From contig NC_042999.1 of NCBI RefSeq assembly GCF_006345805.1, positions 89,776,001 to 89,840,000 on the forward strand: 64,000 nucleotides of DNA. Direction: 5' to 3'. The stretch comes from Octopus sinensis (Eukaryota). Made by a program: the position numbers and the translations under genes. This document shows, piece after piece, positions 44,701-56,700 of the stretch. The notes beneath the pieces are model-generated. The model made no database searches, was not told the origin of the DNA, and was given only the letters and a program-made list of their open reading frames with translations. The number at the start of each line of letters is the position of its first letter. The first letter of the stretch is position 1.

Positions 44701-47700
44701 AGGTTATAAAGCAGTAGAGTGTATAGATATAGATATATATGGCCGGTTTATGGGGTTACCTTGGATTTCACGTCCATAAAGCACTTAGCTTTACCGTGTT
44801 TCTTCAGACCCTAGGCCTATGGTCCCTCGAGCAAGGAAGGAGGAAAAGACTTCATTACTGTCAACTAGTAGCAGTCGAAGGGAGACAATCCCCTGTTGTT
44901 GATATAGAGTAACAAAGTCTTCTTCTCCTCCACTTTCTAGAGATGCTATAGGTCTGAAGAAACACTGTAAAGCTAAACACTTTATGGACATGAAACCCAG
45001 AGTAACCTCAGAGATCAACCCTATCTATCTTCATATATATACATAATACATTAAAAGTTAGTTTGAATCTTGCCTGCTTGCAATGTTACCCAGCCAAACT
45101 GTGCATAATGGGAAAATACTATGAATTAAGTTTACCCTGAAACGTTAATACAAATGGAATGAAACAAGTTTCATGTAAGTTGAACAAGTAATTTTGGAGA
45201 TATTAGAGGTTTTTGGATATAAATACTCAAAACAGTGCATAATGGGGAAAATATTCAGAATATAATCTTAATCCTGAAAGGGAATTATCTTTCAATTAGA
45301 CACAGTGACTTGACAATGAAAAAATACGAGTTTATTTAGAGTAAATGTTTCTATTTTCACTTTTGTTAAACTCAATATTTTGATAATTTAGAAATATTTT
45401 TAAGTGTATGTGATTTCAAAAATATAAGTTGTTTGTACTGTAAGTATTTATATTTTAGCTTTCTTTAAACAGACAATATTTCAATGTTTTTAAAATTATT
45501 TTCAAGTGAATATCATTACTAAAATTTTTTGTGGCATAGCTAAAATATATTCTAAATTGAAATGACTTTAAAAATATGGTAGATATTTCATAAATAGCCC
45601 ATTTATAACCATAGGTTTTTTTTTTAGTGCATTAAACATATCTCATCTCCAAAGATTTGGTAGCTATTTCTAGCACACCCTGCTATCATGTATCAGCTAT
45701 TTGTGATAAAGGACCTGAAATACCTGTTATGTGGTAGCAGGGTGTGCAAGAAAAAGCAGCCAAATCTTTCTTTTTCTGGAACCTTTTACACATGATTTCA
45801 ATGTCACATTCATTGAAAGCATGCAAAATAACCTGGAAAAGGAAAAAAACCCATGAAACAAAACTCCATTGCTTGGAAACTCAAAGTTTCCCAGTGACCC
45901 AATGGATTACAAGTAGTCTAGTATATATAGTTATTCCAAACAAGAAAGCACAAAAAAACAACAACGCAAGGACGTGGAACAAATATAGCGTTATTGGACG
46001 CTCAGGAAAGAAGGTGGGTTTAACGTTTCAAGTGGAGCTCTTCGTCGGAAACATAGGAGAAGGGAAAAAAAAATCGCCAACGGTACACACAAGGTCACAT
46101 TTTGAAAGACCGGACGGAAAGGGGTGAAGAAAGGTGTTTTCAAAGACAGAAGAGTAGTTCTGTCAAAGAAAGGAGAATGGTAGAGGAGGAGGAATGTGTG
46201 TGTAAGTGTGGATATGTGCGTGCATGGAGGTCTGTGTGTGTGTATGTGTGCAATGATGACACGTGTGTGTATGTGTGTGTGGTTTTATCTGTTAAACAAA
46301 GCGTGTTTGTAGGGCTAGTAGTGTGAAGGTCGAGGAAGGAGTGGTGCCTTTTGTCTCTACCACAGGTCAGTACTGCTACTTTGAAGTATGTGTGTGTGTG
46401 CGTGTATGTATATGTATCGTATGTGTGTTTTGTTTGTAGTGTGTGTGTGTATGTATGTGTGTGTTCGTGTGTGTATGCGTAGAGTTTGGGTGTGTGGCGA
46501 ATAACTGTGCTTTACTTAGTGTATATGTGCTTGTATGTGCATATGTGTGTATACATGTATGTATAATTGTGTGCCGTGTGTATGGGACATATGTGTGGGT
46601 TCATTTGAGTGTGTGCATGTACGTGTGTGTGTAAGCGTATATGGGTGTATATACGTGTATCTATGGGGTTTTGAGTGTGTGCATTCATGTGCGTATGTGT
46701 GCGCATGTTTTTGTGTGCGTGTGTGTGTGTGTGTGTGTCTGATGTATATATATATATGAGGGTGATCGTTACCAGCGTCACCTTACTGGCACTTTTCCCA
46801 GTGGCACGGGAAAAACACTCGAACGAGATTGTTGCCAGTGCAGGTGGCATGTAAAAACACCATTTGAGCATGGCCATTGCCAGTACTGCCAGACTGGCCC
46901 TTGTGCCGGTGGCACGTAAAATCACTCACTACACTCTTGGAGTGGTTGGCATTAGGAAGGGCATCCAGCTGTAGAAACTCTGCCAGATCAAATTGGAGCC
47001 TGGTGCAGCCATCTGTTTCACCAGTCCTCTGTCAATTCGTCTATCCCATGCTAGCATGGAAAGCGGATGTTAAGCGATGATAATGATATATGATGACAGG
47101 CTTTTATCAGTTTCTGTCTACCAAATCCACTCACAAGATTTGGTCAGTCCAAAGCTCCAGTAGAAGACACTAGCCCAGGGTGCCATGCCTGTATGATGAG
47201 AATTATGTAATAAGCATTTGGTATTTACTATGAAGCATGCACAACAGAAAAAAACTACTTATAGATTAGATATATGTAATCTAAAGTGATCATATGACCT
47301 TCACCTCATCCAAACTTGATGAGAAATTCTGATTGTTTTTGCTCTTTTACTTTCTTTCTCCTCTCTCACATATACACACTCTATCTATCTATCTATCATT
47401 TGTAAAGCAAAACAAAATATATTTACTTGAGTCATAGTATTTTGAGTTTATCTAACTTTATACAAGAGTAGTCAAAAAGATAAAACTCTCTGTTTATATT
47501 GTCTTTGTATCAACATTTGAGATTAGAAATGAGGCTGATTTATCATTTTAAGGCCAGTAACACATAATAATCGTAGTTCAGTGAGTGTAGCTTCTATTGT
47601 TTCCACTTACTCTTCTCTTTCTATTCTGGTTTGTTTGAAGCTACACCATATGCATTTAGTACTTTCACAGTCCAGAATATAAAGAAATTATATTTTGGGA

Positions 47701-50700
47701 CAATTACCATCACAGTAGACTGAAATTAGTTCCTACATAGAATTGACATAAATTAGAAAATAATTAGAATGTTTTCTTGTTGCCTTTTTCTGCTACCATT
47801 TTCTATTTTATAGTCTTAAACTTATTAGACTAATGAAAATTATATACATTTATATACCACATGGTTCGGGGTCCAGTCCTACTGCATGGCACCTTCGGCA
47901 AGTATCTTCTACTATATCCTCAGGCTGACCAAAGCCATGAGTGGATTTGGTAGATGGAAACTAAAAGTAGCCCGTCATATATATATATGAACATGTGTAT
48001 GTGTGTGTATATATATATACGTGTGTGTGTGTTGTGTTTGAGTGAGTGTTTGTCCACTGCCACCACTTGACATCTGGTGCGGGTGTATTTACATCCCCAT
48101 AACTTAGTACTGAATGAAACAAGTAAAAGACAATAGGTGAAAGAAGAGAAAAGACATATTATACCCATAATTATTGAAACAATTGAATATGTAATCAACT
48201 GCCTCAGCACCAATTTGGAGAATTCAGGGTTCTCAAAACCAGAAAGGGGAAAGCTAATTAGAAGACTACCAGTAAAACTTCCCAAAAGTTTAGCATATTA
48301 GTACATATGCACATGTCTAAATATGCAAACTGTATGTAGTAGTAGACATACATAAACCAAAATATACAAGTCTGCACATGTACTGATGCCAAATGCTTGC
48401 ATGTAACACACATACATAAACAATTGCCATGTTGATATTGTTGAAATTCTAATGAAAGGACCTAAGATCTAGGGTCAAACCAACTCTTTCTCCACTAGTG
48501 AGAAATCTAGAAATAAAACTAAATAATAGCATACATATGTACTACTACTGCTACTACTACTACACACAAACATTTGTATGAGTATTATAGTTTACTATCA
48601 AAGAAATAGTGTGAAGAGCCTCTTCAAAGGCAAAGTGGAACTTAATAACTCATTAATTCATAGGAATTGATAAATTATTCATTCTCTTTGCATTGTGAAA
48701 ATACTGCTTTATTTGTTTTCCTCTATATATTGTCATCGTTTTACCATCCGCTTTTCTATGCTTGCATGTGTTGGATGATGTTTATTGAGATGGATTTTCT
48801 ACAGTTGGATGCCCTTCCTCTCACCAATCCTTTCCTATTTCCAAGCAACATAATATTTTCCCATGACCAGACATGCTTTCTCAAAATATTGGAAATAAAC
48901 GAAAATGTTTGCATGCTTGATAGTTGTAAATGAGTGTCACTATCAATGTCAAAACAAGATGTAAATGTACATCCATGCACACGTGTGTGAATGAGTGTAT
49001 ATATGTAAATAAAACAATATATGTTGGTCTTCCACACAGTTTCCATCTACCAAATTCATTCACAAAGCTTTGTTCAGACCAGGCTGTAGAAGACACTTGC
49101 CCAAGGTGCCATTCTGTAGGACTGAATCTAAAGTCAAATGGTTGCAAAGTGACCTTCTTAACCATACAGCTATGCCTCCACCTACTCACACACACATGAT
49201 GGGCTTCTGCACAGTTTTCACCTGTCCAGTTCACTTACAAAGCATTGACTTAGACTATAACAGGAATCATTTACTCAATGACAGTGGGATCAAACCACAT
49301 CACTGCAAAGTGAACTTCTCAACCGCACAGCAATTCCTGCTTTATTGATATATTACTATAACATCTATGAGAAATACGGATAAAATTTAATAAAATACTG
49401 TGTCACTAAAATGATTATGTTCTATTAGGCTCTCTTTTCTCTTTCCAGAATGATAATGTTGGTGCTCTCTATGGAATGGCCACTGCTTACATGGTTCAGA
49501 AGCAAGTCCCCAAAGCTAGGAATCAACTAAAACGTATTGTGAAATTAAACTGGACTTGTGAGGTGAGTAGTTTACTTTAAACATCACCTTTTAAAAGATG
49601 CTGGAGTTGTTCAGAGGATTTATCTGTTGTTGTTTCACTTAAGATCAATCCTGATTGAACAGACCTATGACAGAAAACATTCCAGCAGTGACCCTTCCAT
49701 TTTTTTCAGACATATATGCAGGCATGGATGTGTAGTAAGAAGTTTGCTTCCCAACCACATGGTTCTGGGTTCAGTCCCACTGCATGGAACCTTGGGCAAG
49801 TGTCTTCTATAACCTCAGGCCAACTAAAACATTGTATGTGGATTTGATAGGCAGAAACTGAAAAGAAGCCTGTCATATATACGTGTGTGTGTCTGTCTGT
49901 TTGTTCACCTCCACCACTTGACAACAAGCACTGGTGTGTTTATGTCCCTGTAACTTAGCAGCTTAGCATTAAAAAAACTGATAGAAAAAGTACCAGGCTT
50001 TAAAAAAATACTGGAGTCGATCTGTATGACTAAAATTCTTCAAGGCGCTATTCCAGCATAGCCACAGTCTAATGACTGAAACAAATATAAAAGCCAAGTT
50101 ACAGGGATGTAAACAAACCAACACTGGTCATCAAGTAGTGGTTAGAAACAAATGCACTCAAACATATATATATGTAGTGATGCTACTGTGTAGGGTTCGG
50201 CGCGCATGCGCAGAATGGGACTACTTCCGTGTGGCCACCGGAAGTCTTCCCCATGCGCATGTGCAGGAAAACATCTCTCGAGCCCGCGAACCTCAAATCG
50301 CTCTCTTCGGCTCAAGACAGCACTGCGATCGGTCACGGTTTTCCTGGCTCTGACAGCCACACACCAGCTTCAACCAACTTCAACCAACCTCAACGACCAA
50401 CACCAGCAGTATCTCAGAGGCTGTCTATTCCCCCATCAGACAACGTACAACCATGAATCAATAACAAGTTGTCTGTTCACCTTTAACCTGAGTTTCGTCT
50501 GTTTGTTTTCTACAAGAATTTTTGTATGTGACTAGAAAGGATCTCGACACCCTGCCAGTGCTTCGATGATAGATCCTTTCACGTTACAATTGGTGACCCC
50601 TAGTTGAGAAAAAGAACAGGATAGAAGAAGACACAGCGAACAGGTTTTTTTTTGGGGCCGAAGAGCGCGGAAATTCATATTTTTTTTTTCCTATTTTTCT

Positions 50701-53700
50701 CCTTTTCAGCACGGCGAGGTGGGTCAAATAACCTTATTCATCGCACACAGTACAAAAAAAAAAGAAAGAAAAAAGAAAACACACACACATTCATTTTTTT
50801 TCCTTTCTGTATTTTGTTTTCCTTGTACACACTTATTCCTTTTTTTTTTTTTTTTTTTTTTTTTTGCTACCCACGAGGTGCACACACAAACACAATTTTG
50901 AATTGCCTTCTCGGTTCCACGTGTTCTCTCTCCATTTCTCGACCATACCTTCTGCCCCCTTCTCACAGACTCCTTCCGACAAAGGCATGGCTTCAGGTTT
51001 GCCTTCATTTACGGGGGATGCGGGGCTGTGGTTTGCACAGGTGGAATCACACTTTGCCGCGCATACCATTCGCCAACAACAGCAGTTGCATCTACTGTTT
51101 TCAAGTTTGCCCTCCCGGCTCGCAACATCGGTCAGGGATCTCATTGTGAGTCCCCATCCTGACGCCACATATGCGTCAGTAAAGGCGGAGATCCTCCGTC
51201 GCAACACGCGCTCAGAGGAATGTCAGTTAATGAACTGATGGCCGACGAGCAGTTAGGGGACAGAACTCCATCCAATTTCTGCGCCATCTAAGAGAGCTAA
51301 GCGGCAACGCCGCTGACGCGCCGCTCTTACGTAAGATATTTTTCTCAAGGCTGCCTGCCCACGTGCAGACAATGTTGGCCACGGCACTGGATGCTGTGTC
51401 TGTGGACCAGATCGCCACGATGGCCGACAAAGTGTTGGAGTTTTCGCGCCCATCTCCCTCGCGGGGCCTGTACGCATGCACAGAGCCCCCCCCGACACCT
51501 CCGACGAACGATAAACTGGCCGAGAACATCGACGCGCTTACGCGGAGGATCGATGATCTGTGCCGTGCGATCGGACGCCAATCTCGTAGTCGCAGTAGCT
51601 CTATTTCCCGCAGTCGGAGTGACTCTGTTTCTCGTTCCGGCTGGTGCTGGTACCATTCGAGATATGCCGAAAAGGCAGATCGGTGTACCCAGCCGTGCAC
51701 TTTCAAGCCCTCGGAAAACTAAATCCGGAGGAGGTGAGCACGTCACCTTCTTCCATCTCGTTTCCCAAACATCGTGCATTCTATGTAAAAGATCTGGTGT
51801 CGGAGAAATTCTTCATGGTAGACACCGGCTCCTGTTGCAGCATCTGGCCCCTTCGTCTGGCTGCAGACAAGCCCAAGCGCTCTTCGATTGTCTTGCATGC
51901 TATTGACTCGTCTCCATAACCACTTACGGTCAGATTTCGCTGCGCCTCAACCTCAACCTTCGTCGAGACTTTCGATGGGTTTTCGTCATCGCTGACATCC
52001 CGCATCCTATTCTCGGCGCTGATTTCCTGGATAGGTTTAACCTATTGGTGGATGTCAGGCGTCGGAGGCTTCTTGATAGCACGACGTCGCTCTCTACACC
52101 GACTGGGAGTTCCACCACTGCGGTCCTTAGCCCGACATTCTTTGTTGCCACCTCTGGAGACCCTTTTCACTCTCTTTTGGTTTCATTTCCGGAGCTAGTG
52201 GACATTGCCTTTAAACCGGAAAATCTACCCACTCGACCCTCCATTTCATCACCACCAATGGGCCACCTGTATTCTCACGCCCCCGGCGCCTAGCGCCAGA
52301 CCGACTTAAAACGGACAGAGCCGAGTTTGAGCACATGCTTCAACTTGGCCTTATACGCCCCTCCACCAGCCCATGGGCATCTCCCCTTCATTTGGCGCGA
52401 AAGGGCGAGTCTGATTTTCGCCCGGTTGGAGACTATCGACGCCTCAATGCCGTCACAATAGCCGATCGCTATCCGATTAGAAATCTCCGGGACTTTACAG
52501 CAAATCTCCATGGTTGTACCATTTTTCGAAGGTCGATCTGATACGCGCTTACCACCAAATACCGGTCAACCCAGCCGACGTTCCAAAAACTGCAATCACT
52601 ACCCCGTTTGGGTGTTTTGAGTTTTTGTACATGAGTTTCGGTTTGCGGAATGCTACTAGCACCTTCCAGCGTTTCATTGATGGGGTTGTCCGCGGTCTTG
52701 ATTTTGTGTTTGCCTATGTCGATGACATACTCATTGCGAGCGACACACGAGAAAATCATCTCCGGCACCTTTCTCAACTCTTCCAGCGTCTTCGCGCGTA
52801 TAGCATACGCATAAACCCCGACAAGTGTGTTTTCGGACGCTCTTCCCTAGATTTTCTAGGGCATCATATTGATTCGACGGGAATCAGCCCCCTCTCGTCA
52901 AAAGTCGATGCCATTCAACGCATCGCACCCCCACTTCCTTGCGCCAGCTCAGGCATTATCTAGGGATGGTCAATTTCTACCGACGCTTCATTCCGGTTGT
53001 GCAGATAAGCTGCTACCTCTCACCAGGCTGTTAAAGGACTCTCCTAGAAAGGACAGTCAAGTCACCCTCTCTGTTGAGGCAGTGACAGCCTTTGAGTCCA
53101 TTAAGAAGGAGCTGGCGTCTGTTTCTTTGCTTGCACATCCAGTTCCTGGTGCTTCTCTCTCTTTGACTGTGGACGCATCGGACACTGCGATTGGCGCTGT
53201 GTTACAACACACAGTGGATGACCATGTTCGACCTCTAGCCTTCTTTTCCCGTCAACTGCAACCAGCTGAACGACGATACAGCACCTTTGATCGTGAGCTC
53301 CTAGCGATCTATCTATCGGTTCGTCATTTCCAGCATCAACTTGAAGGGCGAGATTTTGTGATCTATACGGATCACAAGCCCCTTACGTTTGCCCTGTTTT
53401 CAAAAACGGACAAACTCTCACCCCGTGCTTTTCGGCACCTGGATTTTATCTCTCAATTTACTAGCAACATTCGACACATACCTGGAAAAGAGAACGTTCC
53501 TGCTGACGCTCTCTCTCGCCTTCCAGTTTTCGCCCTTTCATCTCCTGCTGCTATCGACTTAGCTGCCATATCGCAGGAGCAGCCACCTTTGGCGTCGTTA
53601 GATTTAACTTCTCCCAAGTTCTCCTGTTGCCAGTTTTCCTACCTTCCGCTTCCGTCAGCCGAAGGCACCATTCTTTGTGACACTTCAACTGGATCTCCCA

Positions 53701-56700
53701 GGCCACTGGTGCCTGAGACCCATCAACGCTCAGTGTTTGAAGCACTGCACTCCTTATCACATCCTGGCATCGCTGCCACCCTCAAACTAATCACTGCTCG
53801 GTTTTTCTGGCCGAATATGCGTCGCACAATTACTTCTTGGACACGCACCTGCTCCAAGTGTCAACGATCCAAGATTCAACGGCACGTTCATGCCCCGCTT
53901 GGACAATTTCCCCCCACGGAGGCCCGTTTTCGCCATGTCCACATCGATCTGGTTGGACCATGGCCTGTGAGTCGCGGGTTCTCTTATCTATTAACTTGTG
54001 TCGATCGTTTCTCCCGCTGGCCAGAAGCCATTCCGATAGCAGACATTTCTGCTGAGACTGTTGCGCGAGCTTTCGTTTCAAACTGGATTTCTCGCTTCGG
54101 AGTCCCGTCCCGATTGACAACTGATCGTGGACGACAGTTTGAGGCCTCGCTATTTCGCGAATTGTCGCGAATTTTGGGTATGCACCATATCCACACCACA
54201 AGCTACCATCCAGCGTCTAATGGATTGGTTGAGCGGTTCCATAGACAGCTCAAGGCCGCTCTTCGTGCCTCTTCGGACCCACAGTCCTGGATCGAATTTC
54301 TGCCCATTGTGCTTCTCGGCTGTCGGACTGCTGTCAAGGCAGACCTGGGGTCTTCTGCTGCAGAGCTGCTGTATGGTACCACACTGGCATTGCCCGGTAC
54401 GATGTTGGTGCCAGACACTTCCCCGCCCCATGATCCGGCGACCTATGTCACCAGACTGCGGGAATATTTTTCAAACCTTCCGCCCATGCTTCCCAGAAAG
54501 CAATCTCCACCGTCCCATCTTCCACCGGATATGAACACCTGGTCGCATGTTTTTGTTCGGGACGATTCTGTGAAGGGCCCACTTGTTTCTCCCTATAAAG
54601 GACCTTTTCGTGTGCTTTCTCGCACACCAAAGGTTTTCACGATTGAGATAAATGGTCGTTCGGAGACCGTTTCCGTGGACCGTTTAAAAAAGGCACATTT
54701 TGAGACGTCTTCATCTTTTGATGACAACCTTGACACACCCACCTATGCACCTTTAACAACACTTTCACCTGCACAAACGCCTTCACCTGCACAAACGCCT
54801 TCACCTGCACAAACACCTTCACCGGCTCCTACAACACCACCCTCGCCGTCAACGGGTGCCCCGAGCACACCGTATGTTACAAAATCGGGCAGAACAGTGC
54901 ATTGGCCCAAGAAACTTTCAAAAACAATTTACATTTAACTTTCTTTAAAATGTTTCTTATTGTATAATAGTATGTACCAAGTCTTCTGGGGGATCGGCAA
55001 GCCTTCTGTTTTCTGCAGCACCACCACAATATTCTGGTTGCCGTACTTCGCACTCGGAGGGGAGCCTGTAGTGATGCTACTGTGTAGGGTTCGGCGCGCA
55101 TGCGCAGAATGGGACTACTTCCGGGTGGCCACCGGAAGTCTTCCCCATGCGCATGTGCGGGAAAACATCTCTCGAGCCCGCGAACCTCAAATCGCTCTCT
55201 TCGGCTCAAGACAGCACTGCGATCGGTCACGGTTTTCCTGGCTCTGACAGCCACACACCAGCTTCAACCAACTTCAACCAACCTCAACGACCAACACCAG
55301 CAGTATCTCAGAGGCTGTCTATTCCCCCATCAGACAACGTACAACCATGAATCAATAAACCAAGTTGTCTGTTCACCTTTAACCTGAGTTTCGTCTGTTT
55401 GTTTTCTACAAGAATTTTTGTATGTGACTAGAAAGGATCTCGACACCCTGCCAGTGCTTCGATGATAGATCCTTTCACGTTACATATACTACAGGCTTCT
55501 TTCACATGACTTTGGTCAGCCTAGGGCTATAGTAGGAGACATTGGCCTGAGGTGCTGCACATTGAAACTAAACCCAAGGCCTCATGGTTGCAAGGCAAGC
55601 TTCCTGTCCACACAGCTATACTTTTAATATAATTCGCAAGCTGAATCAGCATGTCATGGCACTAATATTGGAGTTGCTCTATAATAAATGGGAACGAGCA
55701 AATACTGGGAAAAATGATTAATTACTTTTTCTACAAGACTCTACCATTTAAATTACAAGTACAAACTACCCGACAGGCTTTTAGACAGTTTTTGTCTACC
55801 CAATTTCATTTGCAAGGTATGTTTTTGAGCTGAGGCTATTGAAAATGTTATTTGTGCAAGGTGTCGCTCGGTGGAATCAAACCTAGGGTGTTGTTGTAAA
55901 GTGAATACCTTAGCTATTCCATTCTTCTTTTCTGCAATCCTCAATGTATATTATGTGTTTTCTAATTACAGAATGCCGAAATTATGGAAAAAAGCTGGCT
56001 TCTTCTAGCAGATATTCATATTCAGGTATCACACTTTTGTTTATAACTTATAATGATAAACTTCTGCTTAATGAACTAACTGGCTCACTATTCTGGAATG
56101 TAAATGTATAACCATTTGTGTGTATGTGTGATTAAGAACTGCAGTTTGTGATGCAGTCTACTGCATCTAGGGTGATAGTAACTCTGAATATGAACTGATA
56201 CTGGCTAGAGGAAACTATTCAACCCTGCTTGCTTATAAGAACCTCTCATATGCTGGTGGCGTAATAAAATGCTTGCAGTACACTCTGTAAAGTAGTTGGG
56301 AATAGGAAATGCATCTAGTCATAGACATCGTGACAAATTTGGGATGTACAAGCAAGACACGGAGCGATAACACCAAATAAAAACTGAGATAAATTGTTTA
56401 AACCTACCTAACCACTAAGAGAAAACAGACACAAAAACAAGCAGTGGCTGCAACAAGAAGGAGGTATATGACAGTGTGTGTGTGGGGGGGGGGGTTAATT
56501 TGCAGTACATCAGAAATCTTATATATTTATGGCAAGTTTTTTTTTGTGACATTTATTCCTTTTTTTTTTTCTTACTGCAATGTACAATATTCCTTTTTCA
56601 GTCTGGCAAATATGATATGGCTCAAGAATTACTGAAGAAATGTTTGACCCATAATAAAGTAAATTATCTTTGGTCATTGACCATTCTTATTTATATACAT

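Larger units (their letters stand above)
50173..55484 (+). mobile_element. Full-length Ty3/Gypsy LTR retrotransposon, CsRN1/Kabuki/Boudicca-type (5312 bp)
   Basis: TG...CA LTRs at 50173-50588 and 55067-55484; TATA target-site duplication (50169-50172 / 55485-55488); PBS, PPT and gag-PR-RT-RH-IN order; Gag Cx2Hx9Cx3C motif. Confidence 0.97.

Noticed and set aside
46900-46980. Possible HDV-like ribozyme in the LINE tail (CTACA/TGTAG, CAC/GTG, GGA/TCC pairings)
   Set aside because: I could not place a C-N-R-A J4/2 catalytic strand, and the putative P2 is not covarying in the copy at 25545-25595.
50839-50877. T27 tract plus GAG as a cryptic acceptor
   Set aside because: GAG acceptors are weak and the phase-0 product stops after 7 codons; the CAG at 50968 is the better candidate.
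54877-55387. 95-125 aa ORFs in and around both LTRs, and antisense ORFs across gag/pol
   Set aside because: No recognisable domains; expected in GC-rich LTR and coding DNA. There is no room for an env gene between the pol stop (54938) and the PPT (55056).
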